Shown: in pieces, positions 1 through 12,367 of the stretch
Layout: the number at the start of each line of letters is the position of its first letter
Numbering within the stretch: the stretch's first letter is position 1
Assembly (NCBI GenBank): GCA_032718475.1
Contig: JAUCBJ010000347.1
Coordinates: forward strand, 1 to 64,000
DNA length: 64,000 nucleotides
Direction: 5' to 3'
Source of the DNA: Nemertoderma westbladi
Lineage: Eukaryota; Animalia; Xenacoelomorpha
Program-made: the position numbers and the translations under genes
The notes under the pieces: model-generated
What the model was told of the DNA's origin: nothing
The model's database searches: none
What the model saw: the letters and a program-made list of their open reading frames with translations, nothing else

Positions 1-2
1 CT

Positions 3-2222
3 ATGGTTATAGGAGCCTTAGCATCTACTTTGCCCAAGGGTGGAGTAGGTACACGCTGGGACAAGAAGGTGTTATATATGATGGAACAACAACGACGAGA
101 CCCTACCATGACTGATCTCATGTCATTCTTAGATAGAGAAGTGAAATTACAGCTCCTAAGGCAGTCCAGAGAGAAGACATTGGAAAACAAGGTAAGTGAG
201 AAACCCGTTTCTAGGAGAAGGGTAATACCAGTATGTTATACCGACGACGGTGAAAGCCAAACTTCTCAAGGAGAGGACAGCGGGAAAGACACTGACAGAT
301 CTTATGTCAATAAAATGCCTAAAGATCAGGTAAGTAAATCCAAGTCTCGACCCAATGACAGAAGGGAACCGGTACAAAAAACCCCTCCTACGTCTCCTAA
401 AGGAATTCAGGTGAGAAAGCCCGAGGAAAGAACAAGTGTGCACCACATAGCACAGGTTAAAGTAAGTAACATCAAGCCGAAATGTGTGCTGTGCGACGGG
501 CCCCACCGTTTAAATGCGTGTGATAAATTCCTGAAGAAATCACTCGAGGATAGACGTGAAGTCATGTGGGATAAGCGGTTGTGTTATAATTGCCTCAGAC
601 GAGGACACCAACGGCGAACCTGTAACTCCGACGCAAGGTGTGCAAAGTGCGGCGCAAATCATCATATCTTGTTGCACACGGAATTCGAACGAAACAGCCC
701 GAGTCAGGTAAGTGAGTCCGAACTACATGTCCAATTCAGTGATGTGAACGACACTGATCAATCTGAGATGGAAGGATTCTATACGGACGAGTTCTCCGAC
801 CAAAACGAATCCTGTTACCTAATAAACACCACCGCAGTGTATCGAGCACTCGTACATGAGAAAGACACAGACAGCGACCTTACCTTAACTACTTCCGATC
901 AACAACCATCTTGGAAAGCGCTAACTTCCAATATAGGAATCCGAGAATTTCCTGTAGTCCAGTTACGGGTCCACGGACCTCAGAAGAGCTATATAGTGAA
1001 CGCCCTCCTGGACTCCGGCAGCACAGGAACATTCATCGATAAAGAGTTAGCCGAAGATATATTTGCTGGACAACCCAAGTTCCAAACTAAGCTCAACATG
1101 TCGGGCATTATGCAAGTTTGGAAATATACAATAACAGCTGATTATTATGTCGGAGCGTTGTCCACCCCCCAGGACGAATTAGGAGAACACAGCATAAGGT
1201 CAGTGAAAATGGTGGCTATAAAGAACTTCGCTACTACTCAAGCAGACCTTTATAATTGGGACGAGGATGAGAGCATCCAACATCTTAACATACCTCGATT
1301 CCAGACTGATTATCCTGGAGTGCAAATACTCATCGGCCAAAACGCGCATGAGGCGCTGGAGACATTAGAGAAACGACCTGCTCAACCGCAGCCACTACAG
1401 ACCTATGCGGTAAGAACTAGAGTAGGTTGGTACCTTACTGGACCTTCCCGTAGAACGCTCAGGGAAAGACTGCTTCAAGATCGTGTCTGCCAGGTGAGTG
1501 AATGGGAAGACGATACTAGTGAGGGAGACGACCCAACTGAGGGAACACCACACTCCTCAGATAATGACAATCTTAGCTCCAATGTAGATCAATGGAGATA
1601 TTGCCCCAAGAAGTTTAATCCAACGGACATCGCTTCCAGAGGAACAACTCCTCAAGAACTGACAGATACTATAGACCGGTTAGGTGAACCCGACTTCCTG
1701 AGTAAGGAGAATGAATGGCCTCCCCATCTTACTCCGACTGAGATTAGACCAGCCAAGGGAGCGGAGAAAGTCGAACCTGAAACGCGGACGGGTGGATCGG
1801 AGTTATTTGAACCCGGGATAGATCTGTCGGTATTACATGTTGCCAGGGACGACGCCGTGGATCTGGGCCTCCCCACCGCGAGTGGATCCTTCATGAAGAT
1901 CAGAGAGAGCGATTGGAGCTCTGGAACATCAGATGTCTCGCAGGGACTCTCACCTCTCCTGCAGAGAGCGACGGACCACTATAGCTCCTGGAATCGGCTT
2001 TGTGACGCCGTCATATACTTTGAGCGATGTTTCTATCGTCACTATTCCAGGACGAAGAGGAAACCTGGAATTGTATTCAGGATGCAGCGACTCAATCACC
2101 CAGTCGGTCGTTTGTGTTTATCGGAAGGGAATGGAGGACTCTCCGGAAACTGTGGAAGGCAAGATTCTCTTCCCACGACCACCTCCCTAATCCTTCAAAC
2201 ATCTAGGGACTCCATAACGTAA
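3..2222 (+). mobile_element. BEL/Pao LTR retrotransposon gag-protease ORF, internally deleted (no RT, RNase H core or integrase core); 5' end outside window
   Basis: 739-aa ORF. Three tandem BEL-type zinc knuckles (CVLCDGPHRLNAC, CYNCLRRGHQRRTC, CAKCGANHHILLH) from ~483 and aspartic protease ALLDSGS at ~1002. It then jumps to the RNase H C-terminal motif WRYCPKKFNPTDIASRG (~1593), then YSSWNRL, then the integrase C-terminal-like HPVGRLCL. No YxDD or DDE core. Confidence 0.9.
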
Positions 2223-2230
2223 CAACATAT

Positions 2231-2722
2231 GGAGTGGGTGTGTGACTCTATTATTTTATATTATTATTATTATTTTTATATTTATGTATGTATTACTATG
2301 TAATTTTATTATAATCGTTTTATTTAATTTAGTAGAATATTATTTAGCGATTATTTTGTAGAATAGTGCAATATATTCGTGTTTATTACGTACGTCATTA
2401 CTTATATTATATTTAGTGCGACGGCGAAGAAATAATTATTTTTTCTCTTTCCTTACTGTCCGTATTATATTATAAATACGTAACTACAGTAAGATGAAAT
2501 GTCTGTACTTATTAAAGTACAATAAAGCCACTACTATATTTAAGTATTATTGGTAGGCAGAGTATTAGGAATGCAAAGTTCAGATCCTCGTGTCTCGGCT
2601 AAACCAAGCTCTGGGTAGACCTTGGAAACGACTTGCCTCTTCACACTGACATTGCTTCGTGCGATATTGCTCTCATACCGTATATTAAATAATACATATA
2701 GTAGCGTGATGTCCCTTTAACA
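2231..2722 (+). repeat. Polypurine tract and probable 3' LTR of the BEL/Pao element (right end uncertain)
   Basis: GGAGTGGG 9 nt after the stop codon, followed by TGT at ~2239-2241. AATAAA at 2521. Candidate ACA ends at 2644 or 2722. No second LTR copy in the window to confirm the boundaries. Confidence 0.45.
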
Positions 2723-2744
2723 GTAGCGTATAACGCAAAATAAA

Positions 2745-3060
2745 TCTGTTAAACCCTTTGACCATCTGTAATTCTAGTCGATTAAGATATCGCGGCACCC
2801 ACCGATATACTTGAAAGACAAATTCTAGAATCAGTGGTTAACGTCCCCAGACAAGTTCTGGAATAAATCGGTGCCCATCTCAAATATTAATTATTTAATA
2901 TTTGCAAATCTAATAAATCAAAATCTGTAAAATTCAGATCCTTCAACAATTCTAGTCAATTAAGATATCGTAGCATTTACCGATATTCTTAAAGAGACAA
3001 TTTTCTTAGAATTAAGGATCTTGTGTCCCTAGACATGTTCTAGAATCAAAATATGTCCAT
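2745..3060. repeat. Diverged tandem duplication, ~178-bp period
   Basis: ATTCTAGTCGATTAAGATATCG...CCGATAT...AGACAA...TAGAAT...GTCCCCAGACAAGTTCTGGAAT at ~2771-2865 recurs as ATTCTAGTCAATTAAGATATCG...CCGATAT...GTCCCTAGACATGTTCTAGAAT at ~2949-3046. Confidence 0.75.
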
Positions 3061-3851
3061 TAAATTATCAAATAATAAAATTTCAGGGAATAAATTTAAA
3101 TTCATGCCTTTTAATGAATTTAATAAATTGCCATTTTACGCAATTTATAAAAGTTCCCAAAATTCCATTAATTAATAGATCAAGGGAGCGGAGATTTATC
3201 TTATCATGCGTATGAGAGTGTGAAAGTCTCCCAAACATAGTTAATAGCCGATAAAATTCATAAAGTCATGTATAAAACAGAACATTGACTATTAAAGAAT
3301 TACTATTAAATAACATCCCAGATCTGTATGCATTGGAATCACCCTAATTCTACCGCTAGCTTTGCATAATGTCACCATAGCAACAACCACGCTAGAATTA
3401 GAATTGAGTTAAAAGAACAATAAAAAGCTTGTCCCATTGAATCGCATAGGGAATAAATAGTGCACTGATAGTATCCAAGGATACATAATAATACAGTGAC
3501 ATTCTGGAAGGCATTGACTAACGGACAAGTGACCCGAGTGTGTGTAATTTGTGACAAGTTGTGTGTGTGGTATTTGTGAGCTTATAGGCGAATGTTACTA
3601 CTAAGGTGTGTTTACAGTAGCAAGTCGCAATCGTAAAGTAACCTAACTCTCCAAGGAAAACCTGAAGTACATCTAAGCCTTTGGGACGGACAGTTGAGTG
3701 ACTTGTGCCGGTTGTCGTTGTCGTTGTGCGGCTACGTCGTTGGCGAAAGTACAGCGGCGACGACACATCGGCGCTGAGGATCTCGTACTGTCCGGGGGTT
3801 AATTGGAGTAGGCAGCGACGCCCGCTCGCCTAAATGTGGACTCATTATAAT

Positions 3852-5161
3852 ATGGACAAACTCATATATAGCAGATATGACGGAGTTGATAGAAGATGGT
3901 CTTGGTATCGGGGAGCGATATACTCTACTTTTGCAAGCGTTTGTTGATAGCTTAATACGCGGCGACGTTAGTCCAACTGCTGCGGAGGACGATGGTCGTT
4001 ATATCGAACCGCCAAGGTCCCAAGAGCAGCTCACGCGTGAGTTGGACTATAGAAAATTCGCTGCTCGATATACGCAGCGTAATGGTACGTATATGGGCTT
4101 CTTAACTACTGGTCATCCTATCGATTTACACAATACGGACTATGTCGACTATATATCCTGCCCAGCGGAGTCGGAACCATAAACTGAAATTCGAATGCGA
4201 AAATTCTATTCGAAATCGACTCGAAAGAAAAGACACTAAAGAAACAAATGGACGCGGTAACTCCAACGTATATTTGGAATTCTTGATAGAAGCATTGTAA
4301 CAACAAATAAATATCACCCGCGTTTACCCTACCAGACGTGCGTCTTTGGTATTATTACGATAAATGCCCTAGACCCAACTAATAAACGGAAAGACATAAA
4401 CATCCACGTAAACCGAAACTTGTTGACGTATCACCTATGCTCACTCGGCTCGAACGATCCTGGAGTAAACCTACGATCAGAGTCCCGGAATACTCGGTCA
4501 AACCTCCTCATTCCTTAGTTGGACCTCAGACCTGCGATCTTGGTGGTGTCGCGGATCCTCGCGGACTGTATTCACTGTTCAAAGATCTAGTGCTACCCTA
4601 ACAATTAATCGGTAACACTCCGACAGTGATTTCTAGCTAGCCGCCCATCTTACCTAGCCGGATTGTGACGCGGACACCTAATATCACTATCCAACCGTAT
4701 GGTCGTCCCGTTTAACGCGATACAACCCTTCATCAAGGTGAAGGAGAGCGTTGTACGAAACGAGTTAAACGCTATTTTATAAAGATCAAAAAGGAAACCT
4801 GCGTTTGTTCAGATAAACGTAAGTTATAACAGTGAGTCCAATCGATACACGAATTGGCCTTATCTCAATTCGATTGGGAAATCCAGAATCTCTAAGAAGT
4901 TATCGAACTTGGACGATCTTATTCTCTGCGAGAGTTTTTGGATGAACGTATCCAGCTACGAGCGGAGGAAAATCAGCTCGAGGAGAAGCATATCGAAACG
5001 GCAGATACCTCGACCACAATCCTACACCTTCTGATGCAATCATATTGCACCCTTCACCCAGGAGTTATGGCCCTCCTAGTAAAGTGGCTCCCCCCAAAGA
5101 GAAAAAGACTCTTGCTAGCCTCAAAAAACTGCGTAAACGCCGTCTGCGTAAGAAAGACTAA
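3852..5161 (+). pseudogene. Decayed coding-like region of unknown family
   Basis: GC-richer block containing several overlapping open stretches (ORFs 3877-4182 and 4938-5291, plus unlisted open frames at 4261-4518 and ~4384-4600). One frame ends in the basic tail KEKKTLASLKKLRKRRLRKKD* at 5161. No motif recognised. Confidence 0.35.
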
Positions 5162-6419
5162 CTGTTTAGAGTATCTTTGTGTTTTAGAAACTGTGATTTT
5201 TATATTTTATAGACTGAAAATCCCATTTTCTGGGAGCGGTGTAAAAGCCTTTGCTGAATTGCCCCGTTATTTTTATTATCTTTTACATTAAAATACTCCG
5301 TAGTTGATTTAATAAGTGTAAGGGACCGTATTATTGCTGTATCTGTGTTTTTAGAGGATCTAAGACCTATTTCCTCCGTATGTGTACTGTGAAAGGCATA
5401 TTTTATGATTCTATGGCAATTCGTGACGCAAAAGGGTGATAGCTACTCTTGAACAGTAGTTACTATGACTACGGTTAACAGCTGACATTCATACGTGTTG
5501 ATTTCCTTTGTTCTACGGCGTCTCTCAGTTCAGTCAGCCAATGAGAGCGTTTTTGTGGCTCCTTGTACAGAGAATTTCCGAGAAATGACGCAATGCCTAT
5601 GTGCAGTGCTTACATTCAGTCTTGAGCCAAAGAAAGAACGGCTTAGAAATATTTTGTGCTGTACTGCTTTTTAGTCGTACACTGGTAGGTTTAATTATAA
5701 AGGGCATATATCCTTTAACAAACGGACTGACGGAACTGCATGCCTATGTGCACTGACATACCGGTGCTGATTTGTTGTTTTATACTGCTATTTGCTGTCA
5801 GTTCTTCATAATATGGTTGATGAATTATTATATTTGGAATAACGATAAACAACCCCGAAACCCAATGTTCTTGATATACCGAAGGTAAGAGAGAAGGGTT
5901 ACAGATAAACGATTGTGACTTATGTTAAAGTGGTTTGAAGTGAATCTAATGTTATTTGATAGACCCTACATGAGTCAGCCTGTGTTCCTTTTATATGTGA
6001 CTAAAATCAGTGAAGATTGTCAGATTAGTGTGCAGTATTGTGCAGCAGTGTGTATGAGTGAGTCTGTTAAAGAAGCATTCCTAAAGAATGCGCCATATAT
6101 GTGGATTATAATTAAGCCATATCGTTGCGAGTAGTTTAAGTCATAACTCTGTTTATGTAGATAAAGCGCCACGTCCTAAAGGAACTGTTAATATTACCGA
6201 AGGTGAATAATATTGTCAGAGATTATATAATACTGTCAGTCGAATAATACATTAGGCTTACATAGCAATAAAAATTAAACCGTCGAACCCAATCTCCCGG
6301 GAATTTCCAGCGGGTGAATGGTCGCGCACGGATTGGTTTCGACTAGTGTAGTGAATCAAATACTTGTCATAGACTAAAAAGCAGATTTATTATCTAGAAG
6401 ACATTCTAATTTGGCGGGT

Positions 6420-6830
6420 TAAACTGCCAAAGGTCTGAAAGCGCGAACAAAATTATCTATTGATAGAATGGGGGTGGCAATCCACAGTATTGTGATGATA
6501 CTAAATCGATGTAAATCTGCCATATAAAAGTTAGACATCATGTATGTATAGTAGAGTCCCAGCAATGGCAATGTTTGGTATTGGATATTTAGACCAATCG
6601 AAACTGAAATTGCCACCCACCAGACTCCGCTGATAACATTTTCAAAATGGTCCAGGCAAACACATGACGACTGGGTGACCTTGTAGTCCTGAAGGTTAAT
6701 GATTCGATCACATTACTCCCACAAGACAGTATGCCGTTTGAAACTTTAAAAAAACTATTTACAAACACCAGTTGATGTGAATGTTCTGGACAATTTTGGA
6801 CATTTATGGGTCTCATATTCCTATGGCATC
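6420..6830 (-). mobile_element. Decayed CR1/L2-type LINE apurinic endonuclease fragment
   Basis: Minus-strand translation gives LVGV.., GGNFSFDWSKY (cf. GDFNxDLLKY) and TPILSIDNF (cf. TxxLIDNIF) in the expected order, with stops and frameshifts. Confidence 0.45.
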
Positions 6831-7213
6831 AGGAGCTTGGACTTGCACTTTCCAAATATCAATAATTAGGCTAACTAATGAGGCAATATGGATTATGGCT
6901 ATTGTAGCCTATCAGAGCAGCTTAGAGATATAAATTACAAATAATACTACCTACCCTAGACCTACATCGCTCATGAAATATAGAACAGTATCAAATTACT
7001 GGAAAAAAAATTCCATTATAAATTAAGGTGGAATATTATTATTAGTAAGGTGGAGTATATTAACATAATTCATTATGAATTATGTTAATATAACGGGACA
7101 AATTGAGAAATCAGAAATAACAACCAGGGAACTATAGGATTTAACATTGAGACAAAATATTAATTAAAATTTCACAATCCAAAATATAAACATTAATAAA
7201 AATAATAATCTAA

Positions 7214-7893
7214 AGCCTGGTTCACAATCTTGTGTAGCTACACTTGTGTAGTAGAAAACACATTCTACACAAGGTATTGTGTAGTGAATGTTCACAGCTT
7301 TGTGTATTTAGTCTTGTGTATTCTACGATTATATTCGTAAAATGGCAGATAATTATGATCTTGTTGCGGTAATTACAGCTACCAAATGTATAATGGAAGC
7401 AAAACAAATAATGAGGAAAAGGAAAAGAAGGTGGTGGGTGCGGCCTGCTTAAACAGAAACGAAATGATTTCGGACTTCTATTAATAAGAGTTCATCAAAC
7501 TTTCTTTGCACTTCCTTTGCACTAGACGCCATTATTTATATCACGTTGGTACATAAATGTTAAATGTATAGTTTTTCTATTAAACTGAACAGGTGAATTG
7601 ACGCGTAGAAACCAGAGAAATCTATACCATACACGAATCGATAATGATAAAATCAATAGACAATTATTTACCTAAATAGCCCAATATTGTCAATATGCCT
7701 TGTGTAGTTCCCAAAAAGTTGAATTTATTTCAACCCTTGTGTAGTTGCAAAATTACACATACACAAGGCCTTGTTTAGTTACTACACAATACCTCGTGTA
7801 GAAAAACGACTACACAAGTGTAGCTACACAAGGCTTTTGGTGTAGTAGCTACATACGTGTGTGTAACAACTACACAAGATTGTGAACCAGGCT
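7214..7893 (+). mobile_element. PIF/Harbinger non-autonomous element (MITE)
   Basis: 24-bp TIRs AGCCTGGTTCACAATCTTGTGTAG / CTACACAAGATTGTGAACCAGGCT. TAA target duplication at 7211-7213 and 7894-7896. TGTGTAG subterminal repeats. Internal RKRKRRWWVRP (~7414-7450) is typical of Harbinger transposase N-termini. Confidence 0.9.
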
Positions 7894-8939
7894 TAAGTAA
7901 AAATCCGTTAGTGCTGCTGTTAAAGTTCGGAGACATTTAATAACACTCCGTTACCAAGATAGGGAGGGGGGGGGGGAGTTGTGTGTCCTGAGTAGCAGTG
8001 GGTTGACAGTGATATTTGTTAATAAAACATGTTTCATGACTATGTACGAAAAGTAATATAATAATAGAAAGAATATAAAGGTAATACCCACAAGACAGCA
8101 ACACCAAACCAATATATATGAACATACTAAATACGAGATTATACAACAGCTAAAACAACTGAGAGTCGAATCACCAACTATAGGCCAATAACACAGAGTT
8201 TAGATTCGGCCAATTATACAATATAATCATTCATTTGAATATCACATTTAATGAGTTAATCATAACAATATTGAGGGCATTCCCAATCTGGACCAGAATA
8301 CCAAGGCACACTGACGAAGGAAGGATGATAAATGTGGGTCACCCGATATACACCCTTTAAAATCAAAATATTGTTTTATTGCTATATTTTTCACTCTACC
8401 CAACAGCATGTATTGTATAGTAACGACGCCACAGGTGAGCCATAAATTGCATCTATTTCGATAACAGCACATTTGAAATTTTGATAACCATGGGGCACAT
8501 TTCCACAAATTAGTTTTGTGATGTAGTTCTGGCCTACAAAAAAATAATAAATAAGTAATAATAAAAAGTTGTTTGAATTTGGAAATCTAGACTTTCATAT
8601 TTATGTTACACTCGTAATATAAAGTTAATTTATTCTGAATGTGAAAAACTGTATAATATTTTGTTTCTTATTTTCAGTTGTTCAACTAAATACATAATTA
8701 ACATAACTTAACATAAATAGTAGTTCATGTTGTATTCAAATGCATAATAGGCTATTTTATTGTAAAGTTTAACATGTGCAAAAACTAGGGTTGGAATTGT
8801 CAGACTGTCAGAATTATATATATTCATAGCTTAGTATTGATGCACCAGTAAGTCTCCGTAAAATGTTGTCCCATACTGGAGGTCATATATAAAATGCATA
8901 AAAACTGGAATCCCCACTATCAATCATAGTTGGTAGAAC

Positions 8940-10085
8940 AATCGATGTAGGCTGTACCATTTGCAGACTCACAGCAACGACATGCCGCTAGCAGGCCATG
9001 CACAACTCAGTCTTGAAACTAGCACCAAATCATATCAGCTGTGGTACATCCAGGGGGGCCGAGGCAGCACTAAACAATCCTAGTCAATATCTTCAGGAAA
9101 CAAGAGGAGCCAAAATGAAGGACCCCAATGGATTTTGTAAATGCCTTCAACAGTGCACTTCAAACAATCTCCCACCCTAATCTTGCTCACCAGGTATATG
9201 AGCAACCACTTATAGAGACACCATCATTCCCTCAGATGATAACAACGTGCAATAATGTGATACCCTTGGCATCTCTGCCTTCTAGCAATCATTAATGAGT
9301 TTGTGACAAACCTAACTGCCCTCCTAATTATCTGGTATCTAGATGACATTTGTTGTAAACCTACACCAAGTCATCAGAATGGCTCTGGACATGACACATC
9401 TCCCCCCTAAACAAATCCGATACCCAACCTTTATTAGGTACAGAGAGCATAGGCCACCTACTTAACCCCATCCAGTTTGTGGTACTACTCATAACCACCA
9501 ACCAGGGCAGATTACTCGGAGTGGCTAAATGCCATACCCATATATTCCCTAGGAATTTAGGGAGACAAACTAGCTCTCAGCCACTGCACTACGTTCTTTA
9601 CTGGGCATGAGTGTAGAGGCTGTGGCACACAGGTGAATATACCACAGGCATCCATGTGCTAAGTTTTATGTACAACTATGGCAAATACACCCTCCTCACT
9701 AGAGCGAATTACATTATCCACTGCAGGTATTCCATCCACTTTATAACATTGAAGCATGACAAAGTATGGGAAAGACAAGGGCTTAACCATGGTCGAAAGA
9801 CAGGATGCTAGTGTGAGATACTTGCAGGTATATCCTTGCATCATCTTACCTCCCAGAACTCCGGCAGAACAACTACTGAAGACCAACAAATTTGCTAATC
9901 TATATCATGATGACTACTTTGTAACCATCACCATTGAGACTCTTGGCCCTATACATGAAGAAGGCATCAGCACAATAGGTGAGATTGGGAGGAGGATTGC
10001 CCATTCCCATTCCACAGCCTACAAGGACTATCAATGGCAGTCGTATGAGGACTTGCCACTACAGTCCTTGGCACATCTTCTCACA
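8940..10085 (+). mobile_element. Decayed CRE-type non-LTR retrotransposon (RT plus restriction-like endonuclease)
   Basis: Frameshifted motifs VGCTICRL, GAEAA, DFVNAFNS (~9131), WYLDDI (~9334) and REL end KFANLYHDDYFVTITIETLGP (ORF 9756-10163). An (ATT)n tract at 10300-10350 may be its tail. Confidence 0.75.
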
Positions 10086-12134
10086 CATAAGACTAGAAAA
10101 AGTTTTCTTACTCCAAAAGAAAACTCCGAACCCACTCACCACAAATTATCTGTAATTAGTTAAATCATTTTATGCTCATTATTTAACCTGTTGTTGTGCT
10201 ATTAGTGAGTGTAACATTTGGCTAAGTATTGGTAGTGATTTTCATTATTTCAGTCACATTGCTAATACTGACTGTAGAACTATGTATTTCTGTAAAACAT
10301 TATTGTTATTATTATTATCATTATTATTATTATTATTATTATCATTATTGTTGCTTTGTCACTAACTTTACCTTACTTACATATTTGATGGTTTGTATAT
10401 GATACGTTATTCTATTAATATCTATTTATAACTATTATTTATATTTTTGCTTTGTCACTAACTTTTCCTCACATATGATAGTTTTTACAAGATATGTGAT
10501 TCTATTTATATCCATTTAGCTACTTTATTTTATAGTATAAATAAATATATTATGGGAATTAAAAACGAAGGCTATTTGAGATATAATATAAATTATCACA
10601 TTTAATCTATACTCCATTAACCCGCTTATCTGTATCCCACTGAATATTTATGTGTAATTGAACCTAATTGTATTTACTAATTGTGCATTTATTGTGAGTT
10701 AATTTGTGATTTATCAATTGGTGTTTCCCTTGTATACATTTTAAATTTATCTTTCCTTGTAACAATTGTTATCAATAAAATGTAAATGAATTGAATACCG
10801 AACTCGTATGGAGAAGGTTCGGCAATTAACCTGCAACACATGTTTGGATATATTAAAACTGGTATACACTAAAAAGGGGTTCATTATTTCTATTGTATGC
10901 TTATATACTAGGCAGGACAATTTTTATAAAAAAATCACAACAATTCGAAATAAAAGTCAGAGTTAAACCAGAAGTTTTGTCCAATTATCAATAGATACTC
11001 AATGTAAACTTAAATGAAGACTGTCAATAATAGTGCAGTGGATAATTAGTATGCACTAATGTTTGAAGCACTAATTTTTTGGTCCTTTTTTGGTTCTACT
11101 AACCATTTTGGTTGGGTATGGACATTGGACATGCCACTCTGCCGTATACAAAACCGCAGGGTAGTATCAAAACTTATATCTAAGCCTATTGAAACTTATA
11201 AAATTAAATATGTTTTAATAATAATTGTGCTTATGAACACTGCGGTAGAGAACCATGTTCTTAGAGACTCTGGGCCAGACTACCTTTTTTGGTAGGATCA
11301 CTGTGAGGATTAATTACATACAATCTTACCACTCTCTGAGCTAAATAAGTAAACTAAAGGTCATGTTATTCCCCCAGACGTCGTATAACAGTTGTAGAGT
11401 GATTGATTTGGAGCTCAAAGGATCGCTGTTGACTATAGGCGGATATTTGTAGATGTGTGAGAGAAAAGTGAGTGAAGAGTCAAAAGTCGAACCATTATTA
11501 AAGGGGGTTAAATACTTATAAGTGCGAATAGAGGATGCCATTATTATGAAGGCAAGACATTCCATATAGTATTTATGTTCAAAGATTCTCAGCAACCAAC
11601 CCATCCAATGTATCTAAAGATTACCATATGAAGATCGTGTCTCTCCTAAGCAATGAGCTTGGTATCGTCATAGGCCTGGTAAGGAATATGATTGGTACTG
11701 AGCTTAATCTGAACCACAATTTTACTAACCATGGTATCCAAAATATGATCTGATTCACCACCTCTGTCGACCACTACAAGGAGACTACCGTACCGGTAAG
11801 GGGATCTGTAAGAAGCATATTTGAAGTGGAAACAGAAACCTAGCTATTCGAATCGTCTGGAAGACGACCGGCTTGAAAAAGACGAATAAGTCAGAATAAT
11901 CTAATTAATATTTGAGCCGTTTGCAGTATCCTTGCAAATATTTCTAGTAGCTTCATGCAGTAATAGAGGGGAAGGGCAAATAATTATTTATATAGTTCAA
12001 TGATAGTCATGCAGATAGACACACAGTCTCATATATATCAAACCATCATCACATAATAATTAGTATCTTTTATATAATGTATCAATCTAGTAGTAGTTGC
12101 TCTCGGTCTCCAGTAATAGATTAAAATCCCAGTG

Positions 12135-12199
12135 CTGATAAATCTCTTGTTAACAAATAAAATTACAAAACTCCACAGCGCTACACCAAGATGTTATCA
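12135..12199. promoter_or_regulatory. GATA-type motifs upstream of the vitellogenin ATG
   Basis: CTGATAA at 12135-12141 and TTATCA at 12194-12199. GATA sites are known in vitellogenin promoters of several animals, but such short motifs are common in AT-rich DNA. Confidence 0.25.
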
Positions 12200-12367
12200 C
12201 CCCCATACGGACGCGCTATTTTGATACATTATGTAAACTTTTTTACATTTAAAGGGAAGGAAATTTTTTAATTAGCATCTTTCTTTAGATCTGCTAATAA
12301 CTATTAATTATTATTAGTTATATTTTCATGGTATTATTTTGTTGAAGAATCAGCGGTTTTCAGAAGA

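Noticed and set aside
11300-11900. GC-richer block upstream of vitellogenin as a gene or TE
   Set aside because: Probably an old repeat, but no motif could be identified in any frame I read.
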